From: a virus
Virus record (IMG/VR): IMGVR_UViG_3300021373_003510
Location: 1 to 64,000 of that record
Length of the DNA stretch: 64,000 bases
Strand: one strand, 5' to 3'
Under the pieces are notes generated by a model. That model made no database searches. It was not told where the DNA came from and was given only the letters and a program-made list of their open reading frames with translations. Shown one piece after another: positions 41,657-51,329 of the stretch (position 1 is its first letter; every line of letters begins with the position of its first letter). The position numbers and the translations under genes are program-made.

Positions 41657-43561
41657 TTAATACGATGATGATGAGGCAGTAGTTGTAGTGTTAGGTGGAT
41701 TCGTTGCCGACTGTGTTGCTATCGGTCTTGAGAATTCCTGAAGTTCCATCGTTGTTTTAACATCGGTGTCTCTTAATATAAACACTCTTCCTTTTGGTGC
41801 CTTAACATCATTATCTTTTGTCTTTGCCGTAAACTTAATGGCAGATCCTGTATAACTTTCTACTATAAAGTTTGTTAATCTAACTTCACCTGTTTCGTAA
41901 TCCACAGTTCCCGCAGTTGGGTTAATAATTTGTGGGTTTGTTATTTCATCAGTAATCAACATCATATTACCTTGGCCATCATCTTGTAAGAATACACAAG
42001 TACCATTAACATCAAATGGAGTTGACTTAATCGCAGGTTTATAATCTACGAAGCCGTTTGCTGCTTTATAAGGATAAGGTTTAATTAATTCAGACTCAAA
42101 TCTAAACTTAGGATTTGTATTGAAGTTAACTGGAGGTGAATACTCAATAATAGGTAACACTGTAATTTCATTACTTTCAATACCTGGGTCTAGGTTATCA
42201 ATAATACCTGAAAGTTTTGATACTCTTAATGTCTTATTAAAATCTTCGAGGTTATCATCAGAATATTTAGCAATTGCATTTCTTACTAATACTTCAAGTT
42301 CAGCACTTGTCTTTTCAGTATTCTTTCTACTATATTTTACTGCTACATTCATATCACCGTAAACGAATTGTGTTTGAACAAAGATAGGCTCAATACCCAA
42401 TGGTGATCTTTCACTTAAATAAGAAAGATATGAATTTGATAATGTTGATGAAACAATTTCAGTGTCGTCATTTAAGAATACTGAAATAGCAACTCTTCCG
42501 TATTGAGGTGGATCTAATTGCTCTCCACCGTATGCAGAGACTGCTTTAATTTCTGGGAATGCTTGTTGTAATAGTACTTCGTAATCAGATGTTGTGACTG
42601 CACGTTCTTGAATTTGTAAAGCCTTAGGAGCAAAGTATCGAATAGATTCCATTGATTCACGTTCTGCTCCACCAGTCGCAGGTTGTGTTACTGTAACCGT
42701 AATAGTACCGCCTTCAATAAATGATGCACTAAATGTACCACTTTGTCCAGCACCATTTGGCTCTTCACCTGAACAGATTCTATATCTTACTCTTACATCC
42801 TCAAATTCTTCAGGCTGTAAACCAAACTGATTCTTACCAAAATAAATTGCATACTTGTCATCAAGATAAGGTTCTAAATAAAATACTTTATCTGTAGGTC
42901 TTACACCAAAAATAGTATTGGCTCTTGTAAATACGTTTTGGTCATCAGTTTGTTCAGCATCAACAAACACAACAATAGAATCAGTATCTACTTCGTTGTT
43001 TGTTAAATTAACTCTTAATACTCCATCAGCATCTACAATAAATCCTTCTCTTTGGAAACTTTGTAAAATTTCTCCTTCAAAGATTTCAACTCCTTCAACA
43101 ACAAAATCATTTCCTGGTGTTGTATCATCTAGAGCTTTAGGAACACGTCTTGCTACATATGCTTGGTCTGTAATGAAGTTATAACTTTCACCTTTATGTG
43201 TAATTGAGAAATCAGCATACTTTGGAATTGTAATTGTTGACTCGGTTTGCTCTCTTCTAATACTAACTGTAACAACAGCCTTTGCTGATTTACGTGATCT
43301 TGGAATATAATTTAATTCTTTGGCGTGAGAAACAATTGAGTTCTTGAGGACGGCAGAGTCAAGAAACATTTCGTTCATTGCCATATTAGTATAGAAATTA
43401 TTTTGATAACTGTTAAACGCAAGTACGTCTAATAAGACGGACATATTAGAACCTTCAAAGTTATAATCTTTGAATTGCGTTTGTGTTTGTAAATATGTCT
43501 TGAGTTGAGTCTTTATTGAATCAAAGTCAAGTTCTGTAATTGGAGTTTTTGGATTTGCCAT
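41657..43561 (-). CDS. gp6: Baseplate wedge protein gp6
   Basis: ELDFDSIK..LK.YL..Q..FKDYNFEGS; EMFLDSA; QERAVTTSDY; AYGGEQLDPPQYGRV; GTVDYETG. Confidence 0.95.
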   Translation of the reverse strand: MANPKTPITELDFDSIKTQLKTYLQTQTQFKDYNFEGSNMSVLLDVLAFNSYQNNFYTNMAMNEMFLDSAVLKNSIVSHAKELNYIPRSRKSAKAVVTVSIRREQTESTITIPKYADFSITHKGESYNFITDQAYVARRVPKALDDTTPGNDFVVEGVEIFEGEILQSFQREGFIVDADGVLRVNLTNNEVDTDSIVVFVDAEQTDDQNVFTRANTIFGVRPTDKVFYLEPYLDDKYAIYFGKNQFGLQPEEFEDVRVRYRICSGEEPNGAGQSGTFSASFIEGGTITVTVTQPATGGAERESMESIRYFAPKALQIQERAVTTSDYEVLLQQAFPEIKAVSAYGGEQLDPPQYGRVAISVFLNDDTEIVSSTLSNSYLSYLSERSPLGIEPIFVQTQFVYGDMNVAVKYSRKNTEKTSAELEVLVRNAIAKYSDDNLEDFNKTLRVSKLSGIIDNLDPGIESNEITVLPIIEYSPPVNFNTNPKFRFESELIKPYPYKAANGFVDYKPAIKSTPFDVNGTCVFLQDDGQGNMMLITDEITNPQIINPTAGTVDYETGEVRLTNFIVESYTGSAIKFTAKTKDNDVKAPKGRVFILRDTDVKTTMELQEFSRPIATQSATNPPNTTTTASSSSY

Positions 43562-43563
43562 CT

Positions 43564-43983
43564 CTATCTATTCCTTTGTAAAATAACGTCTAATTGAATT
43601 GGTTGTTGAACATTGCGAACAAAGAATGTTATACCAACATAAACAGTCGACTCATCTGAACTGTTACTAACTGATACATTAAGTAATTGAGCTCGAGGTT
43701 CGTATGTTTCAATTGTGGACGTTACTCTGTCTTCTATAAGTTTTAGAGTACCAGGTGTCATATTCTCAAACAACATTGCTCGAATATTGCCACCAATAAA
43801 TGGTTGCATTAATCTTTCACCACGGTCCGTTAAAATTAAATTCTTAATTGATTCCTTAACCGAATCTTCGTCTTTAAGCAATGCAAGGTCTTTTGACACT
43901 GGACTCGTTTTCAAGTCCTTATGAAAATCAGAGTTTAAGCTAATCTTCTTCTTTGTCGGTGATATGTATTCTGCGATTGCCAT
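43564..43983 (-). CDS. gp25: Baseplate wedge subunit gp25
   Basis: SIKNLILT.RGERLMQP..G..I..MLFE...IETYEPR; position directly before gp6. Confidence 0.95.
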   Translation of the reverse strand: MAIAEYISPTKKKISLNSDFHKDLKTSPVSKDLALLKDEDSVKESIKNLILTDRGERLMQPFIGGNIRAMLFENMTPGTLKLIEDRVTSTIETYEPRAQLLNVSVSNSSDESTVYVGITFFVRNVQQPIQLDVILQRNR

Positions 43984-45536
43984 TAAATTATTGCTCTTAT
44001 ATCTAAATGAATAAATTTATCATATTCTTTAACAAACTTAAATCCTGTTTTTAATGCCCTTTGCATAAAATCTTCAGGATCTGATAAATCTGATTTTCTT
44101 ATATCAACGACCAAACCACTCAAATGACTGTTCTGTTCGTCGCCCTTAATCTTCTTGTTGTAGGCTTTGCTTATCCAGCCGTTGGTAATTATCAACTTGG
44201 TACCAACTTGTTCCTGTAGCCGCATTAAATATACTTTAACATCAAGATCTACCCTTGTATATCCATATATTCCGACGCCGTCCTCTTCATTAAATACTTC
44301 TGCACTATTGTCAACTCCAAATACTCCAGAGCTTCCATTAAATACATTTCCACATCTTGGTAAGCTTTTATAATCTTCAGCGGTAATCGGCTTTATATTA
44401 TTAACAGGTCCGCCTGTGTTAGTAATCTGATTACCACCTTCTTCAGTCCATCTACCTTGTAATCTATTTATTACCTCTTGCCTAGTTGATGGAGAATACC
44501 TTATAGCTCCTGCTCTCACAGCGGAAGAAGTATTGATTCTTGAAATGTTCTTTAGACGACTTACAATAGTTGAGTACCTATTATTATAATCGTCAAGTGG
44601 CTTTTTAATATCATTCATTAACGCTTCAATGTTAGCAGCGAAAGAACAAATTCTTGCGATTAAAAACTGAATCTCTTCAAGTCCTGGGCTTTCAAATAGA
44701 CTTACAGCATACTTAATTAAATTAACTACCTTATCTTTTAAGTTCTTTTTATTTGCATCAGTAAAGAAGGCGCACATCTGTTCTCTTGTTGTCATAATGC
44801 CTTTAGTGACTGACTTATCTAAAAATGTTTCAAACCCGGCAGTAATTTTTGATGGGTCAAAATTGTCTATCTTATCTTGTACCTCAGCAAAGATTTTATC
44901 AATGACATCAGTAATCTTTTCTATGACTTCATCAATTAACTTTTTAATTAATGCTGCGGCTCCTAAATCTTGTATGCCTTGATAAGTTCTTATTTTATTA
45001 ATAAAGGAAGATACGTCAGCAATGATATTTCCTACAGTTCCAATCAAATCAAAGAATGCATCAATTGAAGCAAAGACATTGGCAAAGCCATTACAAAATC
45101 CACCAAGTATACTTGTACTAAAATCGTTTTTGTAATATGAATCTAAATTACGAGCAAGTCTTTGATAATTGTTTTCAAGTAAAAATCCTTGAGGTGTATA
45201 ATTATATGCTTGTAAGAAGTCTGCCATTTCAAGATTTGAAATAGATCCTCTTTCCCATCTTGCAGCTAGGTCTGGATAATTTGTTGTGTCTCCAATTAAC
45301 TGTCTTAATAGACCGTTTAAGTAATCAGTTGACTTATATACATCATCACCATATTTGTTTACAGCAACTATAAGTGGATTTGTTTCAGCATCCTTTACGA
45401 TTGTTTCTGCAAGTTCTTTAGCTGCAGCATCGACTTGTGCAAGAGTATATCGTCCACTGCCATCTACTAAAGCAGCTGATGATAACGCTAATTGATTTTG
45501 CGTTACCTGATCATTTGTATCAATACAATCACTCAT
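43983..45536 (-). CDS. Helical virion protein with a C-terminal peptidase M15 (Zn D-Ala-D-Ala peptidase-like) domain
   Basis: C-terminal LIITNGWIS..YNKKI.G...NSHLSGLVVDI...FIHLDIR (H, D, H ligands); lies between gp5 and gp25. Confidence 0.7.
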   Translation of the reverse strand: MSDCIDTNDQVTQNQLALSSAALVDGSGRYTLAQVDAAAKELAETIVKDAETNPLIVAVNKYGDDVYKSTDYLNGLLRQLIGDTTNYPDLAARWERGSISNLEMADFLQAYNYTPQGFLLENNYQRLARNLDSYYKNDFSTSILGGFCNGFANVFASIDAFFDLIGTVGNIIADVSSFINKIRTYQGIQDLGAAALIKKLIDEVIEKITDVIDKIFAEVQDKIDNFDPSKITAGFETFLDKSVTKGIMTTREQMCAFFTDANKKNLKDKVVNLIKYAVSLFESPGLEEIQFLIARICSFAANIEALMNDIKKPLDDYNNRYSTIVSRLKNISRINTSSAVRAGAIRYSPSTRQEVINRLQGRWTEEGGNQITNTGGPVNNIKPITAEDYKSLPRCGNVFNGSSGVFGVDNSAEVFNEEDGVGIYGYTRVDLDVKVYLMRLQEQVGTKLIITNGWISKAYNKKIKGDEQNSHLSGLVVDIRKSDLSDPEDFMQRALKTGFKFVKEYDKFIHLDIRAII

Positions 45537-47131
45537 TAGATATCCTTTGCGTTATCGTCTGTTGGTGATAAGTAACCTAATGCATGTCCTAATGCAAAAT
45601 AACCTCTTTCTACAATTGAGGTATTCTTTCCTGGTGGCTCTGGCATTTTTGCTACACCTGATCCATCGTTAGGTAATGCGTATCCCAATATAGGAACACT
45701 TGTCGCAGGCAAGGTGATGGCAGGCAGTGTTGGTATTGTAAATACCGGTGCTGCCACCGTAGCAGCAGTACTACCAACAGGACCTGTGTATGCCGCCGCA
45801 TTTAAGGCAGCCGCTGAAGCAGTTGCGAACAATGCTGTTGTTGCGTTTAATCCTGTTGCGTTTAATCCTGCGAAGTTTCCAGTAGTTCCTGTTACAACTC
45901 CACCATTTAATGTACCTGCATTCCAAATACCACTAAAGCTACCTGTTGCTGATAATATATGCATAGCAGGTGCCGTGATACTAAATCCTACTCCTGCTGG
46001 GTTTGCCGAACCATTAAGTGGATTCGGAGGTACTGCTCCGCTTGATGTAAATATATGATTACTTGCTTGACAATGGAAATCCCATAGAGTAGTAATCTTC
46101 ATACTCTTTGTTGCATATAATTGAAAATCTAATAAAGAAGTAATATTTACATTTTGAGCTTTTGCTTGTAGTTGAGCTCCGCCTTCAATTCTTACTTCCT
46201 TCTCTGCGTGTAAAGAAGCAGTACCAACATTTGCATCAACAACTACATCAGCTCCACGAATTTGTACTTGTTCTCCACCATTAATATTCATTTGACCGCC
46301 AACACCATATTCAGCATTGCCATGAATTATTTGTTTATAGTCTCCTTCAATTTCTTCTGTCTTATTACCTTTGACATATACATGAGAGTTACCGTTAATT
46401 GTAATAACATTATGACCTGACGATTCGTGTTTTGTTCCGATGTTGATTTCATAACGGTCTCCTTGTGCTCTTTCAGCAACAGTTCCTTTAGAGTCAATTT
46501 CAATATATGATCCTGCTCTATGATGAATAGTAATTCTTTCAGCACCAGGAGTATCGTCTAATTCAATACTATGATTTGATGTTTTAATAACTCTATTGTG
46601 TGGATACTTTGCTGCATAAGAAGGTCCTGGCTCTGACCAAGTATCTTCTTCTCCGCCAATTTTTTGATCGTGAACTTTATTTGCCGCCATAGACAACAAG
46701 TAAGTTTCTAATAGATCCTCTGCTCGAGCCAATCTATCAGGTCCTCCACCTGCATTGAAATCTGTAGGACTATAACCTGCTGCTAATAAGTCTGCATCTG
46801 AAACAGGAATAGCACCATATCCGTCTGCTTCAGGATTAGCCTCTTTATTATACATACCTGGGATTAATCCAAGCACTAATGGATGTTGTGCTAATCTTCC
46901 ATCTAAAAATAATCCATAAACAAATGCACCTATTCTTGGAGGCGGATTATTTGAATCATAATTACCTGCCGCACAAATAGCCCAAGGCAATTCTTTGTTT
47001 TCGATTTCCTTATTTGTTCCGTGTACACCAAATGCTCTTACTTGTACTTTTCCTTCGTTTGTTGGATCGACATTATTTTCTACAACGCCTAAAAAGAAAA
47101 ACGGATTACTTATTCCACTTCCATCAATCAT
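45536..47131 (-). CDS. gp5: Baseplate central spike gp5-like (OB fold plus beta-helix; no lysozyme domain evident)
   Basis: GVVENNVDP...GKVQVRAFG.H...LPWA; YPHNRV...HSIELDDTPGAERI.I.HRAGSY. Confidence 0.9.
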   Translation of the reverse strand: MIDGSGISNPFFFLGVVENNVDPTNEGKVQVRAFGVHGTNKEIENKELPWAICAAGNYDSNNPPPRIGAFVYGLFLDGRLAQHPLVLGLIPGMYNKEANPEADGYGAIPVSDADLLAAGYSPTDFNAGGGPDRLARAEDLLETYLLSMAANKVHDQKIGGEEDTWSEPGPSYAAKYPHNRVIKTSNHSIELDDTPGAERITIHHRAGSYIEIDSKGTVAERAQGDRYEINIGTKHESSGHNVITINGNSHVYVKGNKTEEIEGDYKQIIHGNAEYGVGGQMNINGGEQVQIRGADVVVDANVGTASLHAEKEVRIEGGAQLQAKAQNVNITSLLDFQLYATKSMKITTLWDFHCQASNHIFTSSGAVPPNPLNGSANPAGVGFSITAPAMHILSATGSFSGIWNAGTLNGGVVTGTTGNFAGLNATGLNATTALFATASAAALNAAAYTGPVGSTAATVAAPVFTIPTLPAITLPATSVPILGYALPNDGSGVAKMPEPPGKNTSIVERGYFALGHALGYLSPTDDNAKDI

Positions 47132-48510
47132 AAATCACCTTTATCCCAATCATATTTTGTTATCTCTGCGGAAGTATTTAATTGATTTTCTTGTATTGAA
47201 TGACTTACCGATGATACTAAATATAGACCACTTAATCTCTCATCATTTTCTTCTGATAATTCAACATTAGGTTCTTGAACAATAACATTTACTACTTGAC
47301 CTGGCTGAAGATCTAATCTTCCTTGTATTGTAATTTGAACTTTAGAATTATTTAAATGGTGATTATACGCTTTTCTATTTTGTATAATTTCAACCATATT
47401 TTGTGGTTCTCTTATTTTTTGTTCAGGTTTAGTTTCAGTACCTTCTGCTTGCCAATCTCTAAACACTACACTTTGATTAGCATTTTCCTTTGTAAATGTG
47501 TTCTTAATAAATGTATCCGAATGGACCGCACCTGCATTTGAAGTTTGAGGCGCTCCACCCATTTGCTTAAATTTCTTTTTTTGTTCTTGATAATTAAAAT
47601 TGTGATATTGCATATGATGAGTAATAAGGTCAATCTCCAATACCGTATTCGTATAAGCGCCGCTGTCAAGGTCAGCCTCCGTATTAACGTGATTAGTATT
47701 TTCAAAGCTTTCTAAAGTTTGTGAAATTAATTCAGCCTTTCTTGGATCCTTTTCAGTAAATGGCATATAATATAAATCTTTAATTTTTTTCTTATTTTCC
47801 TTTGCTCTTTTTAATAACCATTCATCTGTACACCAATAATATCCATCATAAGTTTCAAAGAAACGAAACATATTTGACGGTGATGCTGAAGTTGCTAAAG
47901 ACTTGCTTGCTAAAAAATTCATTGCTCCGGCTGGAGTAAAGTCAGGTATAATACAATGCAGCTTGTTTTTTGAATTCTCTAAATAAAATTTTCTATCTGA
48001 ACCTTGTATTCTTAATCTTTCGGATTCAACTGGCAAGAGCTCTCTAACATCACCATAAGCATTAAGAGTTTTACCTTTATTAAAGTACTTTTTAAATACA
48101 GATTTCGCCGCAGTAGATCCTGTCATATTTTGATAAGGAGCAATTACATTTTGTATGCCTGCTTCATAAGATGTCAAAGTAACAAAATGCAAATTATAAA
48201 AATATCCATCACCAGCAGTATTTGACTTTACATTATCAATTTTTATAATCTGACCGACGATTCTCACTTCAGTTTGAAAGTCATGGCCTTTTAATGTTAG
48301 ATTTAATTTTTCTTCACCGCGCAATGGATGATTATGTAATGTACCTACTGAATCGTAAACTTCTATTGTGCCCACCAATGCGGACGCAGATAATGCCGAA
48401 TAAGTACCTACACCATATATTAATGGAGTAATGTCCACAACCCTTTCATCAACCGAAGTTAAGGTTGCTTCTTCAATGGTACAAAATGATGGATTGAAAG
48501 TTTCACTCAT
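47128..48510 (-). CDS. Baseplate hub protein, gp27-like
   Basis: PLRGEEKL, IIP...P..AMNFLA, FRFFETYDGY, I.GRLDL.PG, SGLYLVSSV.H; position directly before gp5. Confidence 0.75.
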   Translation of the reverse strand: MSETFNPSFCTIEEATLTSVDERVVDITPLIYGVGTYSALSASALVGTIEVYDSVGTLHNHPLRGEEKLNLTLKGHDFQTEVRIVGQIIKIDNVKSNTAGDGYFYNLHFVTLTSYEAGIQNVIAPYQNMTGSTAAKSVFKKYFNKGKTLNAYGDVRELLPVESERLRIQGSDRKFYLENSKNKLHCIIPDFTPAGAMNFLASKSLATSASPSNMFRFFETYDGYYWCTDEWLLKRAKENKKKIKDLYYMPFTEKDPRKAELISQTLESFENTNHVNTEADLDSGAYTNTVLEIDLITHHMQYHNFNYQEQKKKFKQMGGAPQTSNAGAVHSDTFIKNTFTKENANQSVVFRDWQAEGTETKPEQKIREPQNMVEIIQNRKAYNHHLNNSKVQITIQGRLDLQPGQVVNVIVQEPNVELSEENDERLSGLYLVSSVSHSIQENQLNTSAEITKYDWDKGDL

Positions 48511-48767
48511 TATTCACTTCTTACGCTTGTTTTGAATTCTCGTGTAAGCTGAGGTAAGAACTCATTATCGAATAAAAAGATTTCCTTTTTGTTATCGTTA
48601 AGCATTGTTTCATATTCATAGATACGATAAGGTACCCAATCTTCAGGAATAATCCTTTTAATAATAATCTTTTGACCACGCTCAGTTCGCATAATAACAC
48701 GGTCCTCACGTCGAAGATAAATCGTTCGGAATGATTCCGGTGCTAAAATAATATTGTCAACTGCCAT
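48510..48767 (-). CDS. gp53 C-terminal-like small protein
   Basis: W..YRIYEYE..LND.KKEI.L resembles the gp53 C-terminus; own AGGA RBS. Confidence 0.65.
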   Translation of the reverse strand: MAVDNIILAPESFRTIYLRREDRVIMRTERGQKIIIKRIIPEDWVPYRIYEYETMLNDNKKEIFLFDNEFLPQLTREFKTSVRSE

Positions 48768-48776
48768 GTTTTATTC

Positions 48777-49157
48777 CTAAACTGTTTTAATATAATACAA
48801 AATATTTTCGTCGATGTTTTCGTTCTTTGTCCAATCAATTACATCTTCACCAATCTCTCCAGACTGGGCCGTATATTTTGCTACCAAGTAATCGTTAAAC
48901 GTTTGTGTATCCATCGGCCACTCGTAATACGGATCTATAATATTGTTTGCCATATACACAAGCCAAACATAATCTACTGAACCATAATAATTTAATGCTA
49001 TGTCCTCTGCTCTCTCACCTTCTTTAACGGTGTAAGGATAATATACATAAGGATTATTTGCTACTGCTCTAACAAAAGATGCACGCCTGGAAATGTCTCG
49101 AACTTTTCTTCCTTGATATTCTATAATTGGAAAATTTTCAAAATACTTAGTTGCCAT
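48777..49157 (-). CDS. gp53: Baseplate wedge gp53, N-terminal LysM-like part; true start probably 49157 (MATKYFENFP)
   Basis: KYFENFP.I.Y...YTVKEGERAEDIA..YYG...WLV..ANNIIDPYYEWP. Confidence 0.9.
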   Translation of the reverse strand: MATKYFENFPIIEYQGRKVRDISRRASFVRAVANNPYVYYPYTVKEGERAEDIALNYYGSVDYVWLVYMANNIIDPYYEWPMDTQTFNDYLVAKYTAQSGEIGEDVIDWTKNENIDENILYYIKTV

Positions 49158-50169
49158 TGTTTTGTTGCTCCTGCGAATTATTATCCTCGAAATCTTCAGC
49201 GGTTTGAATTTCAAGTTCCTTAAAGCTCATTGATATTTTAACGCCTTGTGGTACACCACCTTGAGCAATGACAATTGCACCACTTGGTCCATAATCTACA
49301 GATATGCTATCAACCATACATGGTTTAAATTTAATGAATGAAGATTCATCAATACCTAATAAATTAATAAAGCAAACTGAAGGATATTCTAAAAAGGCAC
49401 GAGCAAGTGAAGATTGTAAGTTACCGCCACCAACTCCTTCAATATCACCAGTTAAAGACTGAGTCCTTGGAAGTATTTCTCTTTTAATTGTTCTTATGAT
49501 ATTTTTAATATCGGTTGCTTCTCCTTCGCTTTCTGGATATAAAGTCCAATCCATTTGAAACGATCTAAGATTAACACCTTCAAATGATAATGTTGATTGT
49601 GGGTTAACTGCTTGTCCTGTTGCTGCATTAATAGATTTACCTAAACCCATATTGTTTAATGTATTACGCATAAAGAAGGTTAATACTTTACTACCTTGTG
49701 CTGCTAATTGACCTAACTGACTATCTTTTGCAGCTTTTGAAGGATCTGATATAACTCCAATTAAATCAGCTGCGCCTTGTACTGCTCCTTCTCCCATTCC
49801 AAATAATGCATTAGCTGCGTCCTGAAATCCACCACCTTCGCCTGAAAATGCTGGTGCTAATGCGTCGGACACAAATGATTCTACGAATGTTCTTTCAAAT
49901 CCATTTATCATTAATCCTGTTGAATCTTGTAATGCAGTTGGCATTGGTAATTCAATAATAGATGCACTTGCTTCTTGTGCAGCTTTAGTTCTTGTTGTTC
50001 TGTCAATAAATCCAGACCCAAATGCTGGATCTCTATCAACAAGAAGGCTTTTGTAATCGTATTTTTTGAAGATCATTTGTATTCCATGCGGATATGGTGC
50101 CGCAGGAAAGTGTAATCTTTTATCAGAGATTTCCGAAGGCCTTCGTAATACTATGTTAGGGTTGCTCAT
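49147..50169 (-). CDS. gp48: Baseplate-tail tube cap gp48-like
   Basis: IELPMP..LQD, AVNP...L.FEGV.LRSF...W.LYPES..EA, YP, C.V.SISVDY, SMSFKELE. Confidence 0.85.
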   Translation of the reverse strand: MSNPNIVLRRPSEISDKRLHFPAAPYPHGIQMIFKKYDYKSLLVDRDPAFGSGFIDRTTRTKAAQEASASIIELPMPTALQDSTGLMINGFERTFVESFVSDALAPAFSGEGGGFQDAANALFGMGEGAVQGAADLIGVISDPSKAAKDSQLGQLAAQGSKVLTFFMRNTLNNMGLGKSINAATGQAVNPQSTLSFEGVNLRSFQMDWTLYPESEGEATDIKNIIRTIKREILPRTQSLTGDIEGVGGGNLQSSLARAFLEYPSVCFINLLGIDESSFIKFKPCMVDSISVDYGPSGAIVIAQGGVPQGVKISMSFKELEIQTAEDFEDNNSQEQQNNGN

Positions 50170-50200
50170 TCCAATTTACCTTGTCGTTCCGTCATATTCG

Positions 50201-50240
50201 TATAAATATGGTAATACGGTTACTTTTGTAGTTATTTATA
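50201..50240. promoter_or_regulatory. Pair of face-to-face late promoters: TATAAATA at 50201-50208 (+) and 50233-50240 (-)
   Basis: Both are exact matches at the strand switch between gp48 and gp4. Confidence 0.85.
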
Positions 50241-50260
50241 CATAAAGCGAGAAATATATT

Positions 50261-50722
50261 ATGGCATATAAAGGTCGATTTAGACCAAAGAACCCCAATA
50301 AGTATAAAGGGGATCCTACTAAGATTATTTATAGGTCTTTATGGGAGTTTAAAGTATTTAAGTATGTAGATACACACCCTGATGTTATTTGGTGGCAATC
50401 TGAAGAAGTGGTTGTACCTTATAGGTCGCCTATAGATGGAAAAATACATAGGTATTTTCCTGATGTTGTAGTACATAAAAAAGATAACTTAGGTAATCTT
50501 AATACAATTATGATTGAGATTAAACCAAGCGCTCAATGTAGACCGCCTGATCCTAAGAATAAAAATAAAACAAAAACTGGTAGAGTATCAAGAAGATATT
50601 TAAATGAAGTTAAAACATGGGGAGTCAACGAAGCAAAGTGGAAAGCAGCAAGATCTTTTTGTGCTGACCGTGGTTGGTTGTTTACTATCATGACAGAAAA
50701 GCATATACCAGGAGCAAGGTAA
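50261..50722 (+). CDS. gp4: Head completion nuclease gp4
   Basis: YKGRFRPKNP.KYKGDP..I.YRSLWE...W.SEE..VPY.SP.DGK.HRYFPD...IEIKP...VN.AKW.AA. Confidence 0.95.
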   Translation: MAYKGRFRPKNPNKYKGDPTKIIYRSLWEFKVFKYVDTHPDVIWWQSEEVVVPYRSPIDGKIHRYFPDVVVHKKDNLGNLNTIMIEIKPSAQCRPPDPKNKNKTKTGRVSRRYLNEVKTWGVNEAKWKAARSFCADRGWLFTIMTEKHIPGAR

Positions 50723-51328
50723 ATGGCGACAATTTTTACAGATATATTAGCAAAAGGAATTCGTCAAGGTCAAGTGCCTGCTCGAACAACAGCTGCTAGA
50801 GAATGGTATCGTAACCAAGCAAGAACAGGTCGCACCAGTGCTGAAGAAGTAATTTCAGGAACAAAGAAAAGTAATACAAGAGCAACAGTTTCTAATGAAA
50901 GTCATATCGGCCAAATGTTATTATTTGAGTATGATGCAAAACATAAAGACACATTACCGTATTATGATCGCTTCCCTCTGATATTCCCAATAAATATAGT
51001 TAAAGGTGGATTCATGGGAATCAACATGCATTACTTACCACCACAATTGAGAGCACAATTAATGGACCAATTATATACAGTTGCTAACAATGATAAGTAT
51101 GATGCAAAGACAAGATTAATGTTATCTTACGATGTATTAAATGGTGCATCGAAGTTTAGATTATTTAAGCCAACAATTAAAAGATATTTACAAAGACAAG
51201 TAAGATCTAGGTTTATAAAGATAGCATCGAGCGAATGGGATATTGCATTATTCTTACCGCTTCAGAAATTTGTTGGTGCAAGTAGTAATAAAGTATATGC
51301 TGATTCAAGAAAGATCATAAGAGGATAA
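50723..51328 (+). CDS. gp2: DNA end protector gp2
   Basis: YDAKHK.TLPYYDRFPLIF...GINMHYLPP..R..L...W..ALFLP...F. Confidence 0.95.
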   Translation: MATIFTDILAKGIRQGQVPARTTAAREWYRNQARTGRTSAEEVISGTKKSNTRATVSNESHIGQMLLFEYDAKHKDTLPYYDRFPLIFPINIVKGGFMGINMHYLPPQLRAQLMDQLYTVANNDKYDAKTRLMLSYDVLNGASKFRLFKPTIKRYLQRQVRSRFIKIASSEWDIALFLPLQKFVGASSNKVYADSRKIIRG

Positions 51329-51329
51329 C

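Noticed and set aside
48765-48779. Stop-codon reassignment or readthrough joining the gp53 halves
   Set aside because: Two different stops (TAG, TAA) occur in frame, and other genes are intact under the standard code, using TAG/TGA/TAA as true stops.
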